Shown one piece after another: positions 29,429 through 39,661 of a stretch of DNA of 64,000 bases. Made by a program: the position numbers and the translations under genes. The DNA is from a virus. Lineage: Duplodnaviria > Caudoviricetes. The notes beneath the pieces are model-generated. The model worked only from the letters and a program-made list of their open reading frames with translations. It was not told where the DNA came from and did no database searches. The DNA lies in the IMG/VR virus record IMGVR_UViG_3300050821_004020, positions 1 through 64,000 of that record; one strand, given 5' to 3'. Numbering within the stretch: position 1 is the first letter of the stretch; every line of letters starts with the position of its first letter.

Positions 29429-31476
29429 TATTCCTCCAGTGGTATTCTCGTAATAACTTCTTTTGGACTTCCAGACTCACCGTCCCCAAATTCGAGGATG
29501 ATGCCTGCCTTCTTCAAACCGTCATAAATCCTGTACCACCCGTCCGTGCCGTATCTGGAACTATTCATAGCTCGCTCCATCTCTCGAACTTTCGCGCGGC
29601 CTTTGTATTTACGCTCTAGAAGACGGCGATACTTGATCTGGGCCGCTGCGATCTTGCTGTCCGCTTCCGGCGAGCCCAGATACTTCTTGACGTCCTTCTC
29701 ATACTTAGCAACAGCTAGACCCCGATCAACGCACTCTTCATCAATGCTGTCCCGGCCTAGGTCCACGGCAAAGTACATTGCCCACTTTTCTGCGCGGATC
29801 TCGGTACGGTTGCCTAACTCCCCCACCTTCATCTCCAAGGGCACGGGATCGTCAATTGCGTAAGTCTTCTGGTTCACCGCCTTTTCCATTCTCTTTGACG
29901 TCAGAACGGAGCCTTCCACCGTGTTGACGCTTAGCTGCGGCGTCAGCTTGGACATCTCGCTTGGCTGTATGACAAAGATGAACCGATCATCTAGACCTGT
30001 AGTCTTTCCCGTCAGGGAAGCCCACTGATCCTCATACGCTTCATTGGTCGTGCAGGCGATCAATGACGCGCAATAACTGTTAGGCTCGAGCGCATAATGT
30101 TCCTTCTTGGCCTTAACGGTGTTGGAGAACTTCCCGCTCTCATACATAGTCAATAGTGCGGATCTAAGACTGCTTGAATCAATGTTGGCCTTGCTGATCA
30201 GCTGGCTTAATTCGTCATAGAAGAGAACGGCGTTCTTGCAATTCGTCCGGCCCATCTCCATGCCAAGGCCTTCAGGCGAGCCGGCGGTCCATACTAAGCT
30301 CTTGCCTGCGGCCATGCCGTTGGCGACAGCCGCGTGCTTCATGACATTGCAAACGCTCAGGTACTCGATGCCGTCCTCAACGGAGGAAGACTTAATGGCG
30401 CGGCCCTTTTCTCCGATGAGCACCATGTAGATGGATGGGATCCGGTTACGATCCTCAATTACAACCTTGGTGCCTAGATAGTTCAACATCAGCGCAGCCG
30501 CTGGCAGGAACATGAAGTAGGGGATCCTGCTGTTTCTTTCGCAGACGGGCTTGACAAAGCCCTCATACAGGCTTGTACCCTGCATAACGTGCTCTGGGAA
30601 GACTGGGTATATTAAACCTTGCTCTCTGCCTAGGTTAGGTTCCGGTGGTACAAAGACAGCTGACGTAGACGTAGTAGCTGCTGGGGAAGAAGAGATGTAC
30701 ACGGCCTTGCTAGCTTGACCGACTTCGTATTTGCAAGCGGACGCGGCCTTCTTCTCGCACATATCCCGCCAGTCTTCGCCCTTGTCAATGCAGCGGTTTT
30801 CACAGATCTCGTATAGGTTGTCCCGGATCTGGTTGTAGTTCATCCCAGCGTTGCGCAGCATGCACGCAATTCGGAATAACTCGGTGTCGTGGGATCCTCT
30901 GGGAATAGGCGGGCCGTCAGGGCTCGCATTGATCTTCTTTTTCTCTAGGCTTGCTTCTTTAACGCACCATTGCACAAGCCAATCCGGCGCAGGGACTATC
31001 TCCGCAGGATTTAAGAGTTCGTATTGTCTGCCTGATGTGGGGTGAAAACTACCGGGAGCTACAACGTAGCGGTGATCAACGCGAGCGGACCATGCTTCAT
31101 GGCCCTCGTCGTCCTTGCCCTGGGCATTGCCCATGGCGATGCTGGCGGGTGTCTGTCTAAAATAGAAGTGACCGCGTCCTGGGGAACTGCGCACGGTAAA
31201 TGTTACTGGAAACTTCTGTCCTGTTTGCTTCTCAATCTCGTTATGAAAATTGGGCTTGTCAACTTCAAAGAACCAAAAGCCGCCCAGCTTGGGAAACGCC
31301 ACACATGCGGCATTCGCATTTGGCATTTCCTTATCCCACTCCGCGATCTTATCCGGGTTGACAGACGCGATATCCGGCCAATTATGTTGGAACGCGATCT
31401 TCGTTTTCTCGCGTAATTGGATTACGGGTATACCACGACTGATCAACGGCTCCGCTATTGTCTTGAATAGGCCCAT
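29428..31476 (-). CDS. Bifunctional primase-polymerase fused to a DUF3987-like P-loop domain
   Basis: N-terminal prim-pol (VRSSPGRGHFYF, YVVAPGSFHPTSGRQY), PriCT-like helical region, IGEKGRAIKSS, FYDEL. Confidence 0.8.
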   Translation of the reverse strand: MGLFKTIAEPLISRGIPVIQLREKTKIAFQHNWPDIASVNPDKIAEWDKEMPNANAACVAFPKLGGFWFFEVDKPNFHNEIEKQTGQKFPVTFTVRSSPGRGHFYFRQTPASIAMGNAQGKDDEGHEAWSARVDHRYVVAPGSFHPTSGRQYELLNPAEIVPAPDWLVQWCVKEASLEKKKINASPDGPPIPRGSHDTELFRIACMLRNAGMNYNQIRDNLYEICENRCIDKGEDWRDMCEKKAASACKYEVGQASKAVYISSSPAATTSTSAVFVPPEPNLGREQGLIYPVFPEHVMQGTSLYEGFVKPVCERNSRIPYFMFLPAAALMLNYLGTKVVIEDRNRIPSIYMVLIGEKGRAIKSSSVEDGIEYLSVCNVMKHAAVANGMAAGKSLVWTAGSPEGLGMEMGRTNCKNAVLFYDELSQLISKANIDSSSLRSALLTMYESGKFSNTVKAKKEHYALEPNSYCASLIACTTNEAYEDQWASLTGKTTGLDDRFIFVIQPSEMSKLTPQLSVNTVEGSVLTSKRMEKAVNQKTYAIDDPVPLEMKVGELGNRTEIRAEKWAMYFAVDLGRDSIDEECVDRGLAVAKYEKDVKKYLGSPEADSKIAAAQIKYRRLLERKYKGRAKVREMERAMNSSRYGTDGWYRIYDGLKKAGIILEFGDGESGSPKEVITRIPLEE

Positions 31477-31552
31477 TGATCCTCAAACGCGCTAAAATTG
31501 TACCGGTCTCTCCCGGTAGCCACGCCTGTTCTCGTCGGCGTTCACGTTCTGG

Positions 31553-32206
31553 TTAAAACTTTACGTCGGCACCTTGTGCCGTAGGCGGCTGATAGAACCC
31601 TGCCGCTGGGGGCTGTGTCTGTTGTGCCCGCTGCCATGCTAGGAACTTCTCCATCTCAGCGTTATTCGGCTGCGGTGGCACGGTGGCTGGTGCCGTGTAC
31701 ACTGACGGTGGCGCCGGTGGAAATGCATATGTCTGGACGGGCTGGCCCTGGGGCCCTGCCTGCGTCTTCGCCTTGTTCTTATAGCGAACGAAGTCCGTTG
31801 GGACTGGCACCGCTACGCCTGGATCACCTGGGAGGATTCCCATGATGTTGGCGTAGATCTTGTCCTGAACCGTGTTCCTTACAACGAACAGCTTCCGGGT
31901 AATCCCGACTAGCGTCTCCAAATCCAACTTCACCGGGGGAGCCGTGCCAAGAATCATCTGTAGGTGCTTATACAGAGTTGCCTTCTCGTGTAGGCTCAAC
32001 GTATAGCGCTGAGTTACCCAGAGCGGCTTCCCGTCCTGTCCTTTCGCATCTAGAATCCAAACAAAGCGTACTTTTGGTTGCGTCTTAGTCTCGCCCTTAA
32101 AGGTCGAAGTAACAAGTCCCAAATCAACTACGTCTGCTAGGACCGCGTTATACTGACCATTCTCTGGCTTCTCGAAATTACCACCCGCTTCTGCTATTAA
32201 TGACAT
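31553..32206 (-). CDS. Putative ssDNA-binding (OB-fold) protein
   Basis: G.Y.AVL.DV.DLG...K.RFVW...Y.LSLHEKA.L; low-complexity tail; replication context. Confidence 0.6.
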   Translation of the reverse strand: MSLIAEAGGNFEKPENGQYNAVLADVVDLGLVTSTFKGETKTQPKVRFVWILDAKGQDGKPLWVTQRYTLSLHEKATLYKHLQMILGTAPPVKLDLETLVGITRKLFVVRNTVQDKIYANIMGILPGDPGVAVPVPTDFVRYKNKAKTQAGPQGQPVQTYAFPPAPPSVYTAPATVPPQPNNAEMEKFLAWQRAQQTQPPAAGFYQPPTAQGADVKF

Positions 32207-32216
32207 TCCTTTCTCC

Positions 32217-32741
32217 TTATTCTTTCACAAGGAAAATATCCTCTTCCCTGAGTACTACGTAATTCTCCAGCGCTATCTTTACTTCTGCTCCGGAAAACTT
32301 TCCAAACACGACGCGCTCTCCTGGCTCCACTGTGGGAGGCTGGCGTATGCCGTTCTCGAACTTTCCTGGACCCACTGCTACAACGATCCCTTCAGCGGGC
32401 TTCTCTTTGCTCTCGTCAGCTAGATAAAGTCCCGTGATGGTCTTGTCCTCTGCTTCCGCACGTCTAACAATGATGCGATCTGAGATAGCGCGGAACTTAA
32501 CACCTGTATCAGTTAACGCGGATCCTCCTGATTTAGCTTCGTCCTGCAAACGCTGCAGCTCTAGTTCCGCTGCCTGGCGCTCTTCGTCTGACATCACGTT
32601 GAGCTTGCGTGATTCACCGCCGAATGCTTCGTTGAACTTCTCATCTGTGACATCAGCGGGTTGAAATTGCGCTTTAACCCCGCCCTTTGCCAGCTTATCT
32701 CCGCCACCTAGTGACATTAGTCTTTTCTCCTTTGCTGCCAT
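32217..32741 (-). CDS. groES: Co-chaperonin GroES with N-terminal extension
   Basis: AISDRIIVRR, GLYL, EKP.EG.VVAVGPG, V.PGERVVFGKFSGAEV, VLREEDI. Confidence 0.9.
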   Translation of the reverse strand: MAAKEKRLMSLGGGDKLAKGGVKAQFQPADVTDEKFNEAFGGESRKLNVMSDEERQAAELELQRLQDEAKSGGSALTDTGVKFRAISDRIIVRRAEAEDKTITGLYLADESKEKPAEGIVVAVGPGKFENGIRQPPTVEPGERVVFGKFSGAEVKIALENYVVLREEDIFLVKE

Positions 32742-33250
32742 TCGTAGAAATCGAACACTGTTTGAAACACCTTTCGCTTAGTAGACGTGTATCGCCAAGC
32801 TACTTTGTATTTTCTACCTGCTCGATACTCTAAGATCGCTCTAGCCCACTGTGTGGCACGAAGATAATCGTTTACGGTCTTTTCTTCTAGACCCTCATTT
32901 CTCCAATCAGGCCAGCCGCCGCCTTTTGTTAGTTTCTCTAAAAGATCATTCGGTATCTCAATGTCCGAGATAAGCTGTCGAATGTCGTACTTGGCCGACA
33001 ACCCCGCTAGAGTAAGAAATTTCTTCAGTTGGGCTCTTGCACTTCCCGCTGCCGCTTTTTCAGGATTGTTATGAACCCAAAGTTTCTTGACTTCGGGATG
33101 GCTTCTATACCATGCAATTGCTTTAGCATTTGCGGCCTGTGCGTGGTCTTTGTACCATTGCTTATTTCGTTGTTTTTGCCGCAAAATCCCGCAGGCCTTG
33201 CATCTTTGCGCCCATCGTTTTAGCTTTCTTCCGCAATCAATACAGTTCAT
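32717..33250 (-). CDS. Hypothetical protein with N-terminal CxxC pairs
   Basis: CIDC...CKAC; basic composition. Confidence 0.5.
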   Translation of the reverse strand: MNCIDCGRKLKRWAQRCKACGILRQKQRNKQWYKDHAQAANAKAIAWYRSHPEVKKLWVHNNPEKAAAGSARAQLKKFLTLAGLSAKYDIRQLISDIEIPNDLLEKLTKGGGWPDWRNEGLEEKTVNDYLRATQWARAILEYRAGRKYKVAWRYTSTKRKVFQTVFDFYEWQQRRKD

Positions 33251-33975
33251 CAGTTGTCCAATTCTTCGGGGATTAAATCCTTTTCGATAGTAATTTTAAA
33301 TGGCGCCTGCTCGATTATCGCTGCTACATCCTGATCCTTAACGGGCTTCCACCATATTTTATTATTGCCGTTCCACCTAAATTTCCACGGTGCTTGCTTA
33401 ACGATGTCGTTTTCGTTGCGCCCCTGATGGCTCCTTAAAACAACTACGGAAGACCTTGCCCGGGCCAGAAGTAGATCGGGGTCGTACTTGTTGGCTATTG
33501 CGAGTACGGTCTGTGCGTCCGCCAGGGCTGAGTGCGGAAACAAGTTCAAGATGCCGTGATCCGCTGCAACGTAGGACAGCTTAGTTACCGGAACTTGCCA
33601 TGGTAGATCCGCGTAAAGATCGATCCAATACCTCGGCGGCAGCGTGCGTCCTGCTCGAGCGGCCCAGGAGTTAAGGATCCTTTGATCGAACCGCCGGCAG
33701 TTGTATCCGATTACTGCGTCAGCGGGCTCCATCATTTCAATGATGATGTTCAAGACGTCGTCTGATTCATATCCAAATTTTTCTATAGCGGCTGGATGGA
33801 TTCCCGTGATGGATGTAATCTGGGGCGAGATTGGGCGATCACTCTTTACCAGCATACCTTGGTTGTCCAGGCATTTATGCTGGGTCGTAGAGTACAGTAC
33901 CGCCCCAAATTCGATTACGTGGTCGTTGTCCGTGTCTAAGCCAGTAGTCTCAACGTCGAAAGAAATGAGTAGCAT
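33250..33975 (-). CDS. DEDDh 3'-5' exonuclease (DnaQ-like)
   Basis: FDVETTG, GYNCRRFD, HSALADA. Confidence 0.88.
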   Translation of the reverse strand: MLLISFDVETTGLDTDNDHVIEFGAVLYSTTQHKCLDNQGMLVKSDRPISPQITSITGIHPAAIEKFGYESDDVLNIIIEMMEPADAVIGYNCRRFDQRILNSWAARAGRTLPPRYWIDLYADLPWQVPVTKLSYVAADHGILNLFPHSALADAQTVLAIANKYDPDLLLARARSSVVVLRSHQGRNENDIVKQAPWKFRWNGNNKIWWKPVKDQDVAAIIEQAPFKITIEKDLIPEELDN

Positions 33976-34340
33976 TAGTTTATCGGCTCTTTCACGGGAG
34001 GCGCATCCTCTGTCGGGACGATAAGATCTTGTGGATTACGCTCTAGGGGGTCCACGAGTAGCTTCACATCCACAGTCAACGAAGTAAGCATATGCCAGGG
34101 GACAAAAAATCGTTTATCAAAAGTAACCATGTTCTGGTCAACGATTGCATCCGGATCCTTCATCGCCACGAGGCCTGCACTAGTGACTAAGTCAACGAAC
34201 TTCCTGTTGACTAGTTGCTTTAAGTGTTCCGTTCCCTGAACGTTATAAAGCAGATCAACCACGGAGATCTCTTCAGGGAATCCATCCGGACGCTTGAAGC
34301 GGTCCACCGGGGCTGTGAATTTCACAAAGTAATTAGACAT
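33975..34340 (-). CDS. Hypothetical protein
   Basis: GAGGA RBS before ATG 34340. Confidence 0.5.
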   Translation of the reverse strand: MSNYFVKFTAPVDRFKRPDGFPEEISVVDLLYNVQGTEHLKQLVNRKFVDLVTSAGLVAMKDPDAIVDQNMVTFDKRFFVPWHMLTSLTVDVKLLVDPLERNPQDLIVPTEDAPPVKEPIN

Positions 34341-34619
34341 CCTCGTCCTCTCGCGCCAATGAAGGTAATTCTTCCGTGGGCCCAAGCATGATTTCCAACG
34401 AGCCCTTTGGAAGAAGTGTGTGGGCACTCTGCGCTACGTTGTACTGCGTTACTATGACGTTCACTGCGTTGAAGTTTTTAATCGTCAAGACCCGCAGTCT
34501 CTCTGAGTTGTTAGCGGGGTTAGGTAAGATCTGAACGCGTACCTCAACGCCTACGCGAGAGCACAGATCGTTGAATTCGCTGGAGACGAGAGACTTGCCG
34601 TGCGGGCCGTTATAGAGCA

Positions 34620-34967
34620 TTATCCCGTCACTTGAATCTGGCCGTGGCCGGACTTCATTGCCTCAGTTGCCTGCCGTGCGCGTTCCTGGGCCTGCGCTAG
34701 CAGTGTTGCCTGAGCTGGGCTCACACCCTCAGTGACGATCTTCTTTTGATTGTGATTGCCTGTGGCTGCGCCTTTGATCTCGCACTCATCAGAGCAATAG
34801 CCGAACTTCTCGCCCTTGATGGTCTGGACAAAACGCATGCAATTTAGCCACGGGTTGTCCTGAATCGCTTCCTTCTCTGCTTCTGGCGTCTGCGGGAACG
34901 TCACCGTCTTACCGCACTCCGCTGCATCACACCCAATTGTTACGAAGCTGCTAACGACTGTTGCCAT
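34620..34967 (-). CDS. Hypothetical Zn-binding protein
   Basis: CDAAEC...CSDEC; AGGAG RBS. Confidence 0.55.
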   Translation of the reverse strand: MATVVSSFVTIGCDAAECGKTVTFPQTPEAEKEAIQDNPWLNCMRFVQTIKGEKFGYCSDECEIKGAATGNHNQKKIVTEGVSPAQATLLAQAQERARQATEAMKSGHGQIQVTG

Positions 34968-35536
34968 TAAATTATTCTCCTTGTGTACAAGTCTTGGAAT
35001 CTATTCAAGAACAACTTCTCTGCTATCTCTGGATACATCTTTTCAATTACTATGCTGGACGATCCTAAGTTCTCCGCACCCTGACCGCCCGTCCAATCCA
35101 CATCCCATTCAACGAGCGTCATCAGCTGGCCTTTTTCGGTGTACAGCATTTGGTTATCCGCACGATGCACGGAAGCTGCCTCGACTTCGGATACGCCGAA
35201 TGCGTTGTAAATCAACTTCTGCAGGGGCTTCTCGACTCTACGGTATGCCTCTCCTGCCTCCGTGTAGTGCTTCAAAGGCCTGTTCATATCTGCGATGTAG
35301 GCCTCAGATGCATCATGCAGAAGACGTTGTAGCGCGTCTTCCTTCGGACCTAGCAGACTGCAATAGTAACTGTGCTGGGCGACGGAGTAATGATACTTAC
35401 AGTGGCCGGTCCACCTGCATTGCATGGATAGGCTGTGCGCGATGTCAATGATATCTACGTCTTCCATCCTAGGCTCTAGAAGGTAGAACCGCTTACCCGT
35501 AAATGTTTCAATCCACGCTAGTTTTGAATCACTCAT
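34967..35536 (-). CDS. HD-domain deoxynucleotide hydrolase (YfbR/YfdR-like)
   Basis: DIAHSL..CRW.GH...YSVAQHS; LLHDASEAYIAD; ADNQML. Confidence 0.85.
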   Translation of the reverse strand: MSDSKLAWIETFTGKRFYLLEPRMEDVDIIDIAHSLSMQCRWTGHCKYHYSVAQHSYYCSLLGPKEDALQRLLHDASEAYIADMNRPLKHYTEAGEAYRRVEKPLQKLIYNAFGVSEVEAASVHRADNQMLYTEKGQLMTLVEWDVDWTGGQGAENLGSSSIVIEKMYPEIAEKLFLNRFQDLYTRRII

Positions 35537-35804
35537 TTTACTGTTAGTCCTTGACGGATACTCGTGAGTACTCCACATGTAGGACAGAACACAGTTACTC
35601 GCTCAGAATTCAAATCCATTACATTCCACTGATGGGCCTTAATGCATGTCATCACGCCGTTTAAAACTGGCTTGGATCTGTGCGCTTTCTTAGGGCCCCT
35701 GGGCCTAGTCTCTTCTTTCTCTGCTGTAGCGGAGGGGCCGATCTTCTGCGCCCCTCTGCCCACAACTTCGCCGCGCTTCCCCATTTTTAACGGCTTTTTC
35801 TCAG

Positions 35805-36512
35805 TCATTTCTTTAGGTTCCTCAAATATTCCGTTAATGTAATGGCTTGCTCTCCCGTCAGTGCTGCGTGTCCTTCCGGCGTTGTAATCCGAAAGTTCCA
35901 ATTCCACGCGTCTAATGCAGTCTCTGACGGGTGATCCGCTGAGCGACTAGGATCAACGAACGGCGAGCCCTCTCTATCCAGGCGCGTCACCTTGATCGTG
36001 TAACCACCGCGACCTTCCACTGATTCCGCTTCATTGGGAAACCTAACGTCCGTGATCATTGCGATGTCCAGGCCGGCGGGAATGCTAGAGAACATGCGCT
36101 TGACCCAGTAGTCTTGCCCGAAATTGTTCCTACGAAAGTCCGTTCCCCACCACTGTAGGAGCTTCGGGTGCTTGCCGTATGGTGCTAGATCGCTAACTTC
36201 AGGATTTGGATCAGGTGTAACCCAATCCGGAATAGTGAGAGCTTCAGTATATGTAATCCAATCGCCGGGGCCTTTTGTTGAAGTTCCTGCTCTCCCTGGT
36301 ACAGCTAAGCCTGCCCAATTCGATTTTGAACTTCGCAAAAATTCGTTCACTTCAGTGTAGAGTGCGGTTGCAAATTTGAAGATGCCCGTCTTAATTGGCG
36401 GAAATCCGGAGTAGACTCTGTACTTGTTGCCCTCGTTGTAGAAATTCTGGATCGCGTGCGCGGCAGAATCCTTCCCGTGGCGGGCTTTATGTCCGAATCC
36501 GAGTAATAGCAT
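35805..36512 (-). CDS. Deoxynucleoside monophosphate kinase
   Basis: GHKARHGKD, LLQWWGTDFRR, ITDVRFPNEA, HPSETALD. Confidence 0.85.
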   Translation of the reverse strand: MLLLGFGHKARHGKDSAAHAIQNFYNEGNKYRVYSGFPPIKTGIFKFATALYTEVNEFLRSSKSNWAGLAVPGRAGTSTKGPGDWITYTEALTIPDWVTPDPNPEVSDLAPYGKHPKLLQWWGTDFRRNNFGQDYWVKRMFSSIPAGLDIAMITDVRFPNEAESVEGRGGYTIKVTRLDREGSPFVDPSRSADHPSETALDAWNWNFRITTPEGHAALTGEQAITLTEYLRNLKK

Positions 36513-36516
36513 TCAC

Positions 36517-37275
36517 CTATACCTTTTTCGCTGAGCCCTCATACCACCGTCGGCAGTTGAGGCACTGATATCTTTGTTTCTTACGCAGAAGTGTGTAGCT
36601 GAACCCTCTGCGTTGTACGTTCTTACTGCTGCAGGTGGGACACGCCTCATTCGCGGTCAATCCTTGGTTGATCTGCGGATGATTCTTATCCCATGCACGC
36701 ATTAAGCTGTAAACTTCTGATAGCAGCTCAACGTCGTGCATGTTGTACTGCTTCATTTTTGTCCAAGCGTCTTTATCCCCCAGCATGCAGCCCTGCCACA
36801 AATTAAACCCGGTATGGGGCAGCTTCCTGCCAATCCCCAGGTAGCGGCCTAAGTCGTCCAACTTGTTGCTGTCAAACTTGAAGACCTTCCTGGCGATCTT
36901 CAACGTGTCCACGGTCTTGTATGGTGACGTTGGACTCAGCTCATGCGTCAGGAATCTGGTGTTGATCTTTGGGAGATCAAATTCATCTCCGTTGTGCGCC
37001 ACGATGACGTCAGCCTCGTCCAACAGACTCCAGATCTTCTTGACGAGACTCTTATCGTTTTCTTTGTGACGCTTGTATCCTGCGAAGTCATTCAGGCCTA
37101 GGACGTGTACTTTGTCTTGATGGCCCCACTTCCACGCAACGGACAAGATGTACCAGTCCGCTTTGAAATCGATTACGTTTGTCTGCCACTTGGCCCATAC
37201 CCAGCCTAATGACGGGGCCGTTTCTATGTCTATGTACAAAATCTTAGCGGTATCCATGTAGTCTCCGAACTGCAA
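36517..37275 (-). CDS. RNase H-like (DEDDy) exonuclease with C-terminal Zn ribbon
   Basis: DIET, AHNGDEFD, VDTL, YNMHDV, CPTC..CLNC. Confidence 0.8.
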   Translation of the reverse strand: MQFGDYMDTAKILYIDIETAPSLGWVWAKWQTNVIDFKADWYILSVAWKWGHQDKVHVLGLNDFAGYKRHKENDKSLVKKIWSLLDEADVIVAHNGDEFDLPKINTRFLTHELSPTSPYKTVDTLKIARKVFKFDSNKLDDLGRYLGIGRKLPHTGFNLWQGCMLGDKDAWTKMKQYNMHDVELLSEVYSLMRAWDKNHPQINQGLTANEACPTCSSKNVQRRGFSYTLLRKKQRYQCLNCRRWYEGSAKKV

Positions 37276-37290
37276 AGTCGCTGCTATTCT

Positions 37291-37941
37291 TTACAGCCCG
37301 TGTCCAACAAAGAGCCCGCCGATAAATCCAGTGATTGCTCCCCACTTAAATCCTCTACGAAATTCTCTTTTTGAGTTCGCCTTCTCCGCGTTCACGTCGT
37401 CAACGTGCGCCTTCTTCTCCGTCTTCATCGCATCGTCTTTCTTACCGCTCAGGTCGTTGCACGCTAGCAGCTGGATATTCAGATCTTGGTTATCGGCGCG
37501 TAACTGAACAAGGTCTTCTTCGTCATCTGCAACCCGGTGAGATGCGGTATCGTCAAATACAAGGGTATCTCCGACTTTAGAATCAGTAGTAGAGACTGAT
37601 ACGTGTCCCGATCCCAGTAGCAGTTGTATTCGAGCGGCGAGCTGAGTGGCGTCAAGATTATCATCTGTCTTCTTTTGCTTCTGCGTGTCAATCGCGCGTT
37701 GTTTCATTGCCGCGTCTATCTTGGCATTCAACTGCGCTGTACTAAGCTCGAGCGCGGTCAATTCTTTTTGCATTGCTACGTTATTGCCATCCGATATCGT
37801 GGCCTTATTCTTTTCGTGGTTGTACCACGCGTTCGTAAGATCGCCCTCGAAATGCCAGAGAAGACCGCAGGCAAGGAGAACGAAGAGAAGCCTTTCGTGC
37901 GCTTTAAACCACGCTATGTAATTTGCAAGTGTCATGTCCAT
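37291..37941 (-). CDS. Membrane-anchored coiled-coil protein (possibly spanin-like)
   Basis: N-terminal TM, coiled coil, C-terminal hydrophobic Gly-rich tail. Confidence 0.45.
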   Translation of the reverse strand: MDMTLANYIAWFKAHERLLFVLLACGLLWHFEGDLTNAWYNHEKNKATISDGNNVAMQKELTALELSTAQLNAKIDAAMKQRAIDTQKQKKTDDNLDATQLAARIQLLLGSGHVSVSTTDSKVGDTLVFDDTASHRVADDEEDLVQLRADNQDLNIQLLACNDLSGKKDDAMKTEKKAHVDDVNAEKANSKREFRRGFKWGAITGFIGGLFVGHGL

Positions 37942-37951
37942 TAGTACCCTG

Positions 37952-38365
37952 CTATGGAGTCGCCCGTCTTTTCTTGGCCCACTTGCGATAGGCGGCAGTC
38001 CCGATCCGGCCCGGGTATCCGTGGATCTCTCGGCCCAGGGCCATAGTGGCTGGGGGATAGCTCAGATAGGTCAATAAACGCGCCAGGACGCCCAGCAAGG
38101 ACACCCCGGCTAACTTATGCAGTCCTTGCCTCTTAAAGTTGTTTTCAAGCTTACCTAGGAGGGCATTACAGCGATGGCAGAGCAGGCCCCGGAACAAACC
38201 GGTACTGTGGCAGTGATCAGTGGCAAGTCGTTTACCGTATTGAGGATAGCCGCAACAATAGCAAACCCCGCCCTGGGAGGTGGAGACAATCTCCCATTCG
38301 AGCGGGGTTATACCGAACGCGGTTTTGAGGAACTTCGCGCGTCGTTTGTCATCGGTGGGCTTCAC
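37952..38365 (-). CDS. Recombination endonuclease VII
   Basis: Q.G.CYCC...LATDHCHSTGLFRGLLCHRCN. Confidence 0.85.
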   Translation of the reverse strand: MKPTDDKRRAKFLKTAFGITPLEWEIVSTSQGGVCYCCGYPQYGKRLATDHCHSTGLFRGLLCHRCNALLGKLENNFKRQGLHKLAGVSLLGVLARLLTYLSYPPATMALGREIHGYPGRIGTAAYRKWAKKRRATP

Positions 38366-38411
38366 TATGAGGGTTACCTATAAGGCCCCCCAATAGAGTC
38401 GCCCCGCGCGT

Positions 38412-39017
38412 TTATGGTGTTGGTATCACGGCCACAGCCTCATTTGAGTACACGCTCTCGCCGCCTGGGGAAACAGCGGTCACCACAAAGTAGTACGTGT
38501 TCCCCGAGATCAACGCGAGATCGTTGTACGTACAGCATTGGGCCGCGCTGACGAGCTGGTAAGGCCCACCGCTGAAGTTACTTGAATAAACGTTATAACC
38601 GGTTACTCCGGTTGTGGGGCTCGCGCCCCAATTCAGCGTGACGACGTGGCCGACCTGAACGGACAATTGTTTGGACGTCTTGTCCTGCGCCTTTACCGGA
38701 AAAAGAAGGAAGAGTAAAAGAAGCGCTATACCACCAAACTTCTTCATTATTTCTAATCGTGTGCGGCCTTCCCCAATACGATCAAGGATATCTGATACGT
38801 GAAACTTAATCGTACGCACCGTCAGGTTAAGGTTATTGGCTATTTCTTTATTGCTGAGCCCTCGGCGCACGCCTTCAACGACCTGTTGTTGCCGCCCAGA
38901 CAGCAGAAGCGGAGAGGGCGAAACTTCCGCCCCCATCTGCTTCGTTGTCTTAATGGGTATGCGAAGAACAAGGTGCGTCTCCGTCAGCTCCATTGAGACT
39001 TCCGCCTTGCGGATCAC
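38412..39017 (-). CDS. LuxR-type HTH + hydrophobic signal/TM segment + FN3 domain
   Basis: LSGRQQQVV..V..GLSNKEIA..L.LTVRTIKFHVSDI; MKKFGGIALLLLFLLFPVKA; LNW.AS...GYNVY...TYYFVVTAV..GES.YSN. Confidence 0.75.
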   Translation of the reverse strand: MIRKAEVSMELTETHLVLRIPIKTTKQMGAEVSPSPLLLSGRQQQVVEGVRRGLSNKEIANNLNLTVRTIKFHVSDILDRIGEGRTRLEIMKKFGGIALLLLFLLFPVKAQDKTSKQLSVQVGHVVTLNWGASPTTGVTGYNVYSSNFSGGPYQLVSAAQCCTYNDLALISGNTYYFVVTAVSPGGESVYSNEAVAVIPTP

Positions 39018-39661
39018 GCAGCCCTCACCACGGCATGACCGCGAATCTGGGCTACGTTGGTTGCGGAGTCCGTAACAGTAACGGTAAAGTTAAATGTTCC
39101 GGCTGCGGTGGGCGTTCCCGTGATGGCACCTGTGGCTGGGTTCAGCGTCAGACCAGCTGGCAGACTGCCTGTAGTAATCGCCCAAGTGTAGGGCGCGGTG
39201 CCCCCGGTTGCAGTCAAGGTTGTGCTGTACGCTACGCCAATGTTGGCTGCGGCGAGCGAAGTCGTGGTGATCGTCAATGCGGATAGAATGTTGACGGTAT
39301 AGGATTGCGTGGCCGTGGCCGGTGTGGCTTCGGAGTCCGCAACTTTGACGGTGAAGGTTACGGATCCTGCCGTGGTGGGCGTACCCGTGATCGCTCCCGT
39401 AGTCGAACTGATAGTTAGCCCGGCTGGCAGAGCGCCAACAGAGATTGAGAATGTATATGGTGCTACGCCGCCCGTGGCTGAAACGGTAACGCCCGTGTAG
39501 ACCAGACCGACCATTCCCTGGGGAAGCGTAGCCGGTGTGATCGTAACAACGGCAGCATTAACAACAAGGCTCAGGCTTTTCGTTGCGGTATCTGCAGCCC
39601 AAGATGATACAGCTAACAATGCGGACAACAATACTGCGGATAACAGCTTTACTACTTTCAT
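39014..39661 (-). CDS. Secreted protein with two putative Ig (He_PIG-like) domains
   Basis: Signal peptide; two ATGG.APY.W/F....G.LPAGLT.....GAITGTPT repeats. Confidence 0.8.
   Translation of the reverse strand: MKVVKLLSAVLLSALLAVSSWAADTATKSLSLVVNAAVVTITPATLPQGMVGLVYTGVTVSATGGVAPYTFSISVGALPAGLTISSTTGAITGTPTTAGSVTFTVKVADSEATPATATQSYTVNILSALTITTTSLAAANIGVAYSTTLTATGGTAPYTWAITTGSLPAGLTLNPATGAITGTPTAAGTFNFTVTVTDSATNVAQIRGHAVVRAA

Noticed and set aside
26485-36512. Possible 2-aminoadenine (Z-genome) pathway from PolA + MazG + HD hydrolase + dNMP kinase
   Set aside because: No PurZ/PurA-like gene in the window; these enzymes are common in ordinary phages, and a Mom-like adenine modifier points to a different modification
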